From positions 14,260,001-14,324,000 of the forward strand of contig NC_058376.1 in assembly GCF_018350175.1 (NCBI RefSeq): DNA of 64,000 nt. The letters run 5' to 3'. Below are positions 23,768 through 35,345 of the stretch, piece after piece. The position numbers and the translations under genes were made by a program. Source of the stretch: Felis catus. Taxonomy: Eukaryota. Numbering within the stretch: the stretch's first letter is position 1; each line of letters starts with the position of its first letter. The notes under the pieces are model-generated. The model was not told the DNA's origin, did no database searches, and saw only the letters and a program-made list of their open reading frames with translations.

Positions 23768-26700
23768 AATGATTCTTTGCTTCTAATATATCTCTGTGAT
23801 TTTGCTTATGAATTACTCCTTTTTTGAGGTATTATGACTCCACTTGAAAATCTAGGTGACAATATGTTTCATGAACATGAGGGCTCTTTCTTCATATAAT
23901 GGGAGCATTTCTTCTCTTATGTGCATCAGAGAAAATGCCTTTTCTACCTGTGCCTTGCACCCCTCATGCCCAGGCCCTCACAACTCAACACAAATCACAG
24001 ATATTTCAGAACTATCATCCAGAAATCACACTCTATGTAGGTAGAATGGAGGTGGAGGGGAAAGGCAAGGAGGGATGTTACCTCTTTTGGAGGTTGTGAG
24101 ACAAGCTCCAGGGAGAGGAGGTATGGCCTGAGTACTTCAAGGGTGAATGGAATGGAAGAGAGAGTTTCCAGATTAATGAGAAATTAGAAATGGACTCAGG
24201 TGTCTAATGAACTAAGGAAAGGATAATTTAGAAGAAAGATGTATTGTATCATCTGTAATTTAAAGGAAGTCCGGATGTATTTGTTGGCATATATTGAGAG
24301 TGAGGAAATTGATTTCAGTCACTTAACTCACAAATAGTTTAGAATGCTTTTGAAAGTGAACTATCTTACACACTGAAGATACAGGGGGAAAATTGTGGAG
24401 TACTTTCTTGCTCTCAGAGTGTTGATATTCTAATGGTGATATTTAAAAATAAGTAGGAATTAGTTGAAGTTAATTTGGAGAGATCATCCCTATGGAGGCA
24501 ATAAAACATCTTACTTGGGAAGAGATTGCAGGCTGAAGGATTGAGGAGATAGTTCAAGGAGATATTTTGACATTTTGTGTCAAATGAACTGATGCCATTT
24601 GAAAGAAATGCTAGAAAGAACAGTTGTAAGTATAAAGGGTAAGAGAAATTCATGAAGGTTGGGGTATGATTGGTGGTGCCACAATTTGTAGTGGAAAAAA
24701 GCAAGGAATAGATTGGGAGTTTGCGAGCTTACAATTGTGTTGGGTTCTTACCAAAGTGTCTTTTCCTCATGTGCCTTTTCCTCGTGTGCCTTCTAGAACT
24801 CTAACATGTATGTTAGAGCACACATCAGAAAAAAGTGTCTTCAGACTCAATTTCTACCAGCAGAAAAAATGACTCACTGTCTCATCTCCATGACAAAAGT
24901 CACTGCAGAAAGTCTGAGTCTGAGGACACTGGAGCTAAAAGCCTCTGTCCACAACATGACCAATTCCAAGGAAGATAACCCTGCCATCAAGGTCAGCTCT
25001 GGCATGAGGCTATGCCCAGGATATTAAGTGTCCTGCTGTGGAAGAAACAGGGCTTTTGTCAAGGGTTTGAAGTTTTCAATATGGAACATCCTAAGTCTGT
25101 TCTGAGGACTGCCTGTGCTCTGGGTTAGTCAAGGGTGGGTAAATCCTACAGACAAGGGAAAGCAATTCTAATAATTATAGTTTGTTAAAATCTATTCATT
25201 GTTCCATATTGTTCCTTGTCTTTGAAGACTTTCTGAAGGAGGGAAGAACATCATCAGTTAGGCGTTTATATCACAATTTACATATCCATAAAGGGTCAAA
25301 TATTTATTAGGTATATAAGATAACTTGCACATCTGTCACAAGGTGTTCATAAACTGACAAGTATCCTCAAAATATGATATTTGAGTCTCACTAGTTAAAA
25401 ACTTTTGAGACTTTCAGGATGGAAAGAGTAGATTGGAATGAGAACATGTTGATAATATATTGAATTATCTTATAACTTCTAATGGTACACTAACACTTGA
25501 ACACCTTTTTGTTTTAATGCATTTCTTTACTGGGGAAATATTGACTGAATTCAAATTATGTTCCCGGCTCTACTTCATTGGGAAAGAGGGGTGCACAGAA
25601 TAAGAGATTATTTTTCTGCCATTATGGATCTGTATTCAGAAACCTGAATGGAAAGTTACTAGAAATACTGCAAGAAAGCTAGACAACTTTTCCAATAGTT
25701 CGGGAGTATTGTGACAAGAAAGAGCATGCTAGAAAAGCAAAGTGTGTATTCTAGGGATTTTGTGCATTAGAGCTTATAGTTGTGAATTTCAAGAATGGTA
25801 GAGAAGTAGAAAAAATTAATCTAAAGAACAATTGTAGTGGGTATATTTTCCTTAAACTTCTGGTAAGGGGTGAATTACAGCAGAGTGATCAGATAGACTA
25901 GTCTAAATGTAGTAGGAAATACTGTCAACCAAGGAATGATCACAGGAAAGGAAATCAGCAGTTTAATGAAATTCCCAGGTGAAAGCATTGAGTAAAAGAC
26001 TGGATGTCACACATTTCTTTGATGGGAAATTTTAGCGTGGAGTAGAAGGAATGATCTTCCTGAGTTTGTTCTCCCTTCCAGCTTGGATTTTATAGTTGTC
26101 ACAGTAAAAAGTAATACAAATTTGGATTCTGCCAGATTCATGGAAAGGTGATTGATGTAAAGCCAGGACACCCAAGATGAGCAGAAACATCCCAAGAAAC
26201 AACCATACAAANNNNNNNNNNNNNNNNNNNNNNNNNNNNNNNNNNNNNNNNNNNNNNNNNNNNNNNNNNNNNNNNNNNNNNNNNNNNNNNNNNNNNNNNN
26301 NNNNNNNNNNNNNNNNNNNNNNNNNNNNNNNNNNNNNNNNNNNNNNNNNNNNNNNNNNNNNNNNNNNNNNNNNNNNNNNNNNNNNNNNNNNNNNNNNNNN
26401 NNNNNNNNNNNNNNNNNNNNNNNNNNNNNNNNNNNNNNNNNNNNNNNNNNNNNNGGGATGATTGGATAAAGGGTTTAGTTGAGAAAAAAGGAAGTATTTG
26501 GAATTAGACACCAGTAAAGAGAGAATATATAGATGTGAGGTTACAAACAACGGTTTCTAGATCTCAACACTATTGGCATTGTGCAGCAGATATTCCAGTG
26601 TTGTTGGGCTTTATCCTGTTGGCTGGAATTAGCATCACCCTCGTTTATCACACTTGGAGCTAGTAGGTATCTGGGTGTGAGAAGGCAGGCAAAAATTTGC

Positions 26701-27073
26701 AATGATTCCAGAAAGAAGATGGGAGTTATTTCCTTCCCTATGGGGACATGTAGATAGTTTAGGTAAGAGGAGAGATCAAGAGGACCAAATTTTCCTAAAT
26801 GTCCCTCAACGATGATATATAAGGTAAATTAAATGACAACAAGTTGTGAAGGTGGGTACCAGTTTTACATATGGCCTATGATTGTAGTGAGAGATTCTTT
26901 GGCAGAACAAATTAAAATGCTGTTCTTTAAATATAACTGGAGACTCCAACAGAATGAAGTCACATTTCCCAAGACATTTATTGATTGTTGACAGTGAGTG
27001 GCATACCAGAAGTGCTTACATATTTGTTGGGTATGTCAGGGGATGAATGGTATGTTCTGCCAATTACTGACAG

Positions 27074-27081
27074 TATATAAA
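27074..27081 (+). promoter_or_regulatory. TATA box, copy 6
   Basis: TATATAAA at the conserved position. Confidence 0.85.
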
Positions 27082-27154
27082 GGTCCAAGGCTAGTAGAAG
27101 ACACACAGTTCACCACACCTCTCACACCCACGTGAATTCTCTTCTCTTAACAAG

Positions 27155-27382
27155 ATGTGTTGCAACTACGGCAACTCCTGTGGTTATGGCTGCGGATATG
27201 GCTATGGCTGTGGATGTGGTCCCTATTATGGCTGTGGTTATGGCCTCCGTTATGGCTGTGGTTATGGCTCAGGCTATGGCTGTGGCTATGGCACCAGATA
27301 TGGCTGTGGCTATGGCTATGGCTCCAGCTGCTGTTGCTACCAGCCATCTTGCTATAGAAGATGGTATTCCTCTTGCTGGTAG
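27155..27382 (+). CDS. KRTAP21: KRTAP21-like HGT-KAP, array copy 6 (75 aa, type C CDS, altered C-terminus)
   Basis: MCCNYGNSC...GLRYG...YQPSCYRRWYSSCW; TATA 27074, AATAAA 27671. Confidence 0.88.
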   Translation: MCCNYGNSCGYGCGYGYGCGCGPYYGCGYGLRYGCGYGSGYGCGYGTRYGCGYGYGSSCCCYQPSCYRRWYSSCW

Positions 27383-27670
27383 AACATCACTGTCCAAGCC
27401 CCACTTGCTTCTGAAATGACATGCCTTAAGAGAAGGCTCATTCAAGGATCTATATTTATATATCGAGATTTATATATTGAGAGCATTGCATGTGTCATTG
27501 AAGATTTGACCTCCAGTAACATTTGTAGCATGGCATCTTGTGGCTTGAGGCTATCGAGTATCATCTAACAGTTTTCCAAAAAGTGTTGTTCTTACTCCCT
27601 TAGTATGCATTCTGTGTTGTGACTGTGGCGTGGATCCGTACATTCCACATTTCGCAATCCCCTTATTCTC

Positions 27671-27676
27671 AATAAA
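27671..27676 (+). terminator. Poly(A) signal, copy 6
   Basis: AATAAA in conserved context. Confidence 0.8.
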
Positions 27677-30187
27677 AATGTTTCATTCCTTCTATCAAAT
27701 GTCTCTAGTCTCTTTTAAGAAAGCCTCATATCTTGAGGTGTTATGGCCTCTCTTGAAAATTGGGCTGACAATATATTTCACGTACCCGGGTCTCTTTCTG
27801 GATATCATACAAGCATTTCTTCTCTTACATGCATAGATATAATGTCTTCTCCACCTAAGTCTCATATCTCTAGCACAGTACTGCAGAACTGTGCCCTGGA
27901 AATCACACTGTAGATAGAATGGATGTGGAGGGAAAAGAGGAGGACGAGGAGGGATGGCACCTCTTGGGAGGTTGTGACAGAAGCCCAAGGGAAAGGAGGT
28001 GTGGCCTGATCACTTAAAGGGTGAATGTGATGGAAGAGAGAGTTTCTGGTATTTCTGTGAAATTGGAAGCTGCCTCAGCTGAAGTGTAAAGAACCAAGGA
28101 AAGGGTAAGTTAGAATAAAAGCATGGTATCATATCATCTGAATTGGATGGATTTGCTAATATATTTGTTGGCATAAATTGAGTTTGAGGAAATGGATTTA
28201 AGTTACTTAATTGACAAATACTTTTGAATGTGTTTGAAAGAGAACCATCCGACACACTGAATACACAGTAGAAAAAATGTAGATGAATTTCCTACCCTCA
28301 GAGTGTATACATTTTGTTGGTGTTAATAAATATGTTACAAATTAATTATGATAAATTTAGACACATAATTTGCTTGGAGGGAATAAAACAGCTTCTTGGG
28401 GAAGACAATGAAGGTTGAAATATTGGAGAGATCAGGGAGGTATTTTGATGTTTTTGTGTCAAATGAACTGATCCAAGTTGACAGAATGACTAGAAAGGAC
28501 AGCACTAAATAAAAAGGGCGGAAAAGAAATTCATTAAGTTTTGAGTATGATCAGTGCTGCCACAATTTTCAGTTGAAAAAAGCAAGGACCTGTGCTTTAA
28601 TGGTAGCATTTATGGCATTACTTGGTTCAGATATAAAGCCCAGTTCTTTCTGAGTTTGAGAACCTACTAGTTTGTTGGGGTCTGTTTTCAATGTCCTTTC
28701 CTCATGTGCCATTCCAGAACTCTAGCCTTTAGATCCTACAGTAGAAAATATTTTTCAGGGTCAAATTCAGCCAGCAGTGAAAAGCGACTCACTAACTCAT
28801 CTCCATGACAAGGGTCATTATAAAGTCTGAATCTGAGGTACCTGGAGCTTGGAGACTCCACAACATGGCCAGTTCCAAGGAAGATAGTGCTGCCATCAAG
28901 GTCAGCCCTGGAGTGAGGCTATGCCCAGGATATAACATGTTCTGCTGATGAAGAGACATGGTTTCTTTCAAGAGTTGGGCATTTTTCACAGATGGAACAT
29001 CTTTAAGTCAGATATGGGGACTGACTGTCCTTTGGGTCAATATGAGTGGGGAAACCCTACAAAGATGGGTAGGGAATTCTAATAATGAAGTTCACTGAAC
29101 ATCTAACTTATGCTTTCATTTATGTCCTTGTCATTGAATACTTTCTGGAGGAGGGCAGAATATCATTAATTAGGCACGTATATCAAAATTTACATGTGTA
29201 GTGAAGTGCTGATCATTTATGAAACATTTAAGATAACTAATACCTCTGGAAATATGTCTTTGTAAACTAACACATATCTTCAAAATGTGAAATTTGTGAG
29301 TCTCTTAGTCACAGAACATTTGAAAGTTTCAGCTTGAGTAAAATGGGAACACTCCAATGTTAGAACATATTTTGTTTTAATGCATCTGTTTTTATCGGTG
29401 GAAATATTGATTGATTTCAAATTACATGCCAGGCACTCTACGTAGAACTTGTGACTCAGAGATGTACAAAATATAGATTTTTTTCTGCTGTTATGGGTCA
29501 GAATCTAGAGCTCTGAATGGAAAAGTACTAGAAATAATGCAATAAATATAGGAATGATTTTCAATAGATCAGGCATATTGTGACCAGAAAGTGGGTTTTT
29601 GAAAATTGACATGTCTATTCTAGATAACCTTTGCATTAGAATTTGTCATGTTGAATTTCAAGACTGACAGAAAAGGAGAGAAAATAAAAGGTAAAGAACA
29701 ATTGCATGGGATATGTTTTCTTTAAGCTTCTTGTTAGTGATGACGCATAGCAATCAAACAGACCAGTGACCAGTATAAGAAAAGTCAGTTGGATTCCTTC
29801 TTAACTGAAGGGAAAATGTCTAATAATTAAAGTTCTCAGAAAAGAAAATCAGCAGCTTTATGAAAAAATCTCTGTTGAAAGCACTTGATAAAGGACTTGT
29901 TGGCCCTCCTTACTTTGTTGTTGAAATTTGAAAGTGAAGTAGAAGGAATAATCTTCCTGAGTTTGTACTTCCAACACGGATTTCATAGCTGTTATAGTAA
30001 AAAGTTAAATTTTGGATTGTGCCTGAATCTGAAAATAGTGACTTAGACAACAAAAATAACCAAAAACATCACAAACAAAAAGTAAACAACTTTTTTTTTA
30101 ACTACACATCTGCTGATGGAAAGGTCATATGCTTGGTTTAGTTGAGAAGAAAGGGATATTTGGACTTAGCAATAAAGAAAGAACCTA

Positions 30188-30421
30188 GGGCACCTGGGTG
30201 GCTCAGTCCATTGGGCGTCCGACTTTAGCTCAGGTCATGATCTTGCGGTTTGTGAGTTTGAACCCTGCGTCAGGGTTCACAGAACCCTGCTCTGTGATGA
30301 CAGCTCGCAGCCTGCAGCCTGCTTCAGATTTTGTGTCTCCTTCTCTCTCTGCTCCTCCCCTGCTCGTGCTCTGTCTCTTTCTCAAAAATAAATAAACATT
30401 AAAAAAATGAAAAAAAAAAAT
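30188..30421 (+). mobile_element. CanSINE
   Basis: GGGCACCTGGGTGGCTCAGT head, (CT)n, poly(A), TSD AAAGAAC(C/G)T. Confidence 0.92.
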
Positions 30422-30855
30422 AAAGAACGTAATTTATAGATGCGATGTTATAAACCAAGGTTTCTGAATCTCGGCACTATTGACATCTGACATTAGATCT
30501 TTCAATGTTGTTGGGGGTTGTTCTGTGCCCTGATATTATCATCATCCCTGGTTTCTCCCACAAGGAGACAGTAGGCATATATAGTAGGTATCTGGGTGCA
30601 AGAAGCCTGCCAAGAAGTTGTGATGATTCCAGAAAGGAGTTGGGAGTTATTTCCTTCCCCAAGGGCAGAGGTAGATGTTTTGAGAAGGAGGAGAGATCAA
30701 GAGGGACAAAATTTTCCTCAATTCATCATAAACTTGTTATATGAAATATATTAAAAGATAGGAGGTTGTGAAGTTTGGTATCTGTTCTATGTAGAGCACA
30801 TGACGTTACTGAGATAATTCTTTGTCAGAGTAAATTAAAATGCTGCCTCTAAATA

Positions 30856-31043
30856 GGGTCACCTGGGTGGCTCAGTCTGGTAAGCATCTGACTCTTGATT
30901 TCAGCTCAAGTCATGATCTCATGGTTCTTGAGTTGATGAGATTGGACTCTGCACTGACAGAGCGGAGCCTGCTTGGGATTCTCCCTCTGTCTCTCTGCCT
31001 TTCTTTTGCTCATGCTCTATTTCTCAAAATAAATAAAGTTAAA
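30856..31043 (+). mobile_element. CanSINE in the proximal promoter of copy 7
   Basis: tRNA-derived head, A-rich tail, degenerate TSD AAAATGCTGCCTCTAAATA / AAAATTGTTGCTCTTTAAATA. Confidence 0.9.
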
Positions 31044-31205
31044 AAAATTGTTGCTCTTTAAATAAAATGAGAGTCACCCCCAAATAAACAGTTTATTTTA
31101 CCCAAGACATTACTGATTGTTGACAGTTACTGGCACAGCATAGTTGCTTACATATTTGTTGGGTAAGTCAGGGGATGAATGGCATGCTTTGTCAATTACT
31201 GGCGG

Positions 31206-31213
31206 TATATAAA
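31206..31213 (+). promoter_or_regulatory. TATA box, copy 7
   Basis: TATATAAA at the conserved position. Confidence 0.85.
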
Positions 31214-31288
31214 GGTCCAAGGCTAGTAGAAGACATGCACTTCACCACATCCTCTCGCAACCAACGTGAATTCTCTTCCCTTGACAAG

Positions 31289-31570
31289 ATGTGTTGCAAC
31301 TACGGCAACTCCTGTGGCTATGGCTGCGGATATGGCTATGGCTGTGGATGTGGCCCCTATTATGGCTGTGGTTATGGAACAGGCTATGGCTGTGGCTATG
31401 GTACTGGGTATGGCTGTGGATATGGCTCACGGTATGGCTGTGACTCTGGCTGTGGATATGGCTCCTGCTGTGGCTATGGCACTGGATATGGCTGTGGCTA
31501 TGGCTATGGCTCCAGCTGCTGTGCCTACCGGCCATTTTTCTATAGAAGATGTTATTCTTCTTGCTGCTAG
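31289..31570 (+). CDS. KRTAP21: KRTAP21-like HGT-KAP, array copy 7 (93 aa, GTGYG repeats)
   Basis: MCCNYGNSC...GTGYGCGYGTGYG...[14 protein letters not shown]; TATA 31206, AATAAA 31845. Confidence 0.9.
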   Translation: MCCNYGNSCGYGCGYGYGCGCGPYYGCGYGTGYGCGYGTGYGCGYGSRYGCDSGCGYGSCCGYGTGYGCGYGYGSSCCAYRPFFYRRCYSSCC

Positions 31571-31844
31571 AACATCACTGTTCAAACCCCACTTGCTTCT
31601 GAAATGACATGCCTTAAGAGAAGGCTGATTCAAGAATCCATACTCCAAGACTTCTATATCTAAGAAATTGCATGCTTTGTAGAAGATTTGACCACCATTA
31701 ACATTTGTAGGATGGCATCTTGTGGCTGTGTAGTATCATCTTACTGTTTTCCATATGTTGGGCTTTACTACCTTAATCTGGATTCTGTTTTGTGACTGTG
31801 GCAATGATCCTAACATTCCACAGCTAGGCAAATCCCTTATTCTC

Positions 31845-31850
31845 AATAAA
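31845..31850 (+). terminator. Poly(A) signal, copy 7
   Basis: AATAAA in conserved context. Confidence 0.8.
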
Positions 31851-32543
31851 AATGGTTCTTTGCTTCTAACACATCTCTGTGTTCTTGTCTGTGAATTACT
31901 CCTTTTTTTTGAGGTGTTATGGTGTCTCTTGAAATCCAGCTGACAATATATTTCATGAACCCTCGACTTTTCTCCTTGATACAATACAAGCATTTCTTCT
32001 CTTACGTACATCAGAGATAATGTCTTCTCCACCTATTTCTTGCATCCTTCATACTCAGCCCTCACACAATATTTCAGAACTGAGTCCTGAAAATCACCCT
32101 GTATCTAGAATGGAGGTGAAGGAGAAAGATGAGGTGGGATGTCAACTCTTCAGGAGGCTGTGACAGAAGCCCAAAGGAGCGGAGGTGTGGCTTGAGCACT
32201 TAAAGGATAAATGGAATGGAAGAGAGTTCCCAGGATTAATGAGAAATTGGAAGCAGACTCAGGTGATGGATGAATAACTAAGGAAAGGATAAGTAGAATA
32301 AAAATGTGGTATCATGTCATCTGCATTTTGATGCAAGTGCAAACACATTTGTCTGCATATATTGAATTTGTGAAATTGATATTAGTCACTTAACTGGCAA
32401 ATAGTTTTGAATATTTTTGAAAGGGAACTGTCTTACACACTGAAGATACAGGTCCAACATTGTAGACGGGTTTCCTGCTGTCAGAGTGTTTACATTCTAG
32501 TAGGTGATAATAAAAAGAAAAGTAAGAATTAAAATAAATTTAA

Positions 32544-32756
32544 TGTTTTTTTAAAATTTGTTTTTGAAGGAGAGAGAGAGAGAGACAGAGCCTGAGCGGG
32601 GGAGGAGCAGAGAGAGAGGGAGACACAGAATTTGAAGCAGGCTCCAGGCTCTGAGCTGTCAGCACACAGCCCGACACGGGGCTTGAACTCACGAACCGTG
32701 AGATCATGACCTGAGCTGAAGTCAGATGCTCAACTGACTGAGCCACCCAGGTGCCC
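32544..32756 (-). mobile_element. CanSINE
   Basis: (GA)n and consensus body; TSD AATTAAAATAAATTTAA. Confidence 0.92.
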
Positions 32757-33701
32757 ATAATTAAAATAAATTTAAATGGGTGATTGTTATGGTGGAAATA
32801 AAACAGCCTCCTGGGGAAGAGAGTGCAGTTTGAATTATTGGATACAGTTCTGGGCAGTATTTTGAAGTTTTGTGTCATCTGAAATTTTGGCAGTTGTAAG
32901 AAAGTCTAGAAAGGACAGTAGGAAGTGTAAAAGGAAAGAGAAATTCATTAAGTTTTGGGTATGATCAGTGGTGCCATAACTACCAGTTTGAAAGTACAAG
33001 GACTAGTGCTTTATAGGTGTCTTTGACTGCCCTACTCGGTGCAGATAAGAATGGGATGAAAAGCCCAGTCCTTTCTGAGTTTGAGAGTCTACGAGTTTGT
33101 TGGGGTCTGACTTCAGGGTTTTTCCTCATATGCCTTTCCAGAAGTCTAACATGTAGATCTTACAATAAAAAATGTCTTTTCAGACTCAATTTCAACCAGC
33201 AGTGAAAAATGACTCACTGACTCATCCCCATGACAAAGGTCACTTCACAAAGTGTGAATCTGAGGTTCCTGGAGTTTGGAGACTCCACAATATGGCCAAT
33301 TCCAAGGAAGATGGTTCTGCCATCAAGGTCAGCCCCAGAGTGAGGCTATACCCAGCATATAATGTGTCTTACTGATGAGGAAACCGGGGTGCTTTCAAGA
33401 GTTGGACAGTTTTCAGTGATGGAACATTTGTTAGTCGGAGCTGAGGACTGACTGCTTTGCATAATACACATTTAGTCTTACAAAGAAGAGAAGCTACTTC
33501 TAATGATTGCTTGTGGTTGAAAATCTACTCATTGTTTCATATGGCCTTTGTCATCACAGACATTTTTAAAAATGTGGGGATACGATTTTTTTAAGTATTA
33601 TAAGGTCATTTACATATCCAAACAACAGTCTTCAGGAAGTAACATTAAATATATGTTCAAATCACAAATATTGTGACTCTCTTAGTCAACAAACAATCAT
33701 G

Positions 33702-34240
33702 TAGAATGTCACAGTTGGTGAGAGAGGGAGGGAACCACAAGTTCTTTGCTAGGTGGGAAGACCAAAGACTAAATCGTAGGAAAAGTGGGTGGGTGGGTCA
33801 GGACCCCATCATGAGACAGGTGGAAGGGAAAAACCTGGTCACAATATTTTCTCTAGCGATGAATGAGATGTGGTGGTCAGGGGAGACTGGAATATACCAA
33901 ATGGGTGATGTCAGTCAAAAGACAACATGGTGCAGAATACCAGTATTCCAACCAGGCCTCAGAGATATGGTATACCAGTATGTGAAAAAAGGGTCCAGAA
34001 TTTACATGTAAGGGACAGTAGATTATGGCGAATACACGGATAAAATTAATGTGAGGTGACAAGCAACAGCAATCATAGCTGATAACGTATTTCTGAGTGA
34101 CCAGACCAAAGAAAAGGCATAGAGTGGATGATTTTTCTTTGGCCATTGTTTGGTACAGTCTCATTTCCAAATCATGTATATTCTTTATAGTTCCTAAGGA
34201 TAATAATTAAAATACTCTTTTATATAAAATAAAAAAAAAA
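33702..34240 (+). pseudogene. SSBP1: Processed pseudogene of mitochondrial single-stranded DNA-binding protein
   Basis: From 33787: [29 protein letters not shown]...[68 protein letters not shown] (stop 34120-34122). Intronless; premature stops at 34009 and 34057; ATTAAA 34206; poly(A) ~34226-34240; degenerate TSD AACAAACAATCATG / AACAAAATAATTATG. Confidence 0.92.
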
Positions 34241-34324
34241 CAAAATAATTATGACTCTCATCTTGAGTAAATGAGGAAATTAAAATTGTAAAAGAGAGAT
34301 AGGGTTGATAAAATCAGAGATAGT

Positions 34325-34326
<2 letters not shown>

Positions 34327-34356
<30 letters not shown>
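34327..34356. repeat. (GT)n microsatellite
   Basis: Direct reading. Confidence 0.95.
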
Positions 34357-34358
<2 letters not shown>

Positions 34359-35032
34359 CATTCATCAGGGAAGGCTGGGAAAAATGAAGATATGGCTTCA
34401 GACATTGGGTCACATAATGGAGGAAATGGATACCATTGATAAAAGTGATTACTTCTTATAATCAGGAAATGATTTAAGCATTAAAGCTTCTTCATGAAGA
34501 AACTCAAGATCTTTTTCTTTGATGAGCTATTGCATATTGTTGATGTACTAAATTATAAAATCAGGCATTTGTTCTTTTGGTAATTTAACAAATTTTAACA
34601 TCCATGATCCAGCTACATGTTATGATTGATGTTGGGGACAGAGGCACAAAGAACACACAGTTCCTTCTTCCAATAATTAAAGATATGCATTTGGATACAA
34701 AATAATAAATCATACACTCACATTATAGCATGCCTGTTTATAGGTGTTATAGGGATGCTGAGGAAGAATTCAAAGGAGAAGCCAAAATGAGTCATAATGT
34801 AGAAAAGGAGTACTAGACAAGATATTGCTTCTAAAGGAGAATGACATATGAGCAAAGCCATGAAGGATGAGTTGAAATTGATCTGCTACATGTGAAGGAA
34901 AATAAAATTCAAGGAAGAGGAATTTTAAAAAGAAATGAATAAGTTGACAGCTTACTTCTTAAGTATTAACCTCTGTTGGAAAGCTTATAATCAGTATTAC
35001 ACCCATATAGGAATTCTGAGATTCTCTTAAGT

Positions 35033-35345
35033 TGCGTTGTCCAAGATGGTAGCCACTAGAGGGATATGACCATTGAGCACTTGAAATATGGCTTGTCCAA
35101 AATGAAATGCATTGAAGTATAAAGTACACACTAGATTTCAAAGACTTGGTATAAAAAAGAATTAAACCTATATATCGAATAATTAAAAAATATTGGTTAA
35201 ATATTGTTATAATATTTTGAATATATTAGGTGAAGTAAAATATGCTATAAAATCAATTCATCTGTTTCTTTTTATTTTTTTAAAATGTGGCTACTGGAAA
35301 ATTCTAAAATGTATGTGTTTAATGATACATTCCTATTGTACAGTT
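35033..35345 (-). mobile_element. MER33-like hAT-Charlie DNA transposon relic
   Basis: TGTCCAAGATGGTAGCCACTAG...TTGAGCACTTGAAAT...AAATGTGGCTACTGGAAAATT...CTATTGTACAG matches my recollection of MER33. Confidence 0.7.

Larger units (their letters stand above)
4077..34280. repeat. Tandem segmental array, ~4 kb unit each carrying one KRTAP21-like gene; ~12 kb higher-order duplication
   Basis: ATG spacings 3920, 4006, 4064, 4012, 3936, 4134 bp. Flanks recur: 4077.. matches 16231.. (offset 12154), and the ORF track repeats near-identical spurious peptides (4175/16329, 7859/19845/23856, 8580/20628). Confidence 0.95.

Noticed and set aside
33673-34011. 112-aa ORF as a functional array-SSBP1 fusion protein
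   Set aside because: Starts at GTG, truncates the OB fold at a premature stop, and has no evident promoter.
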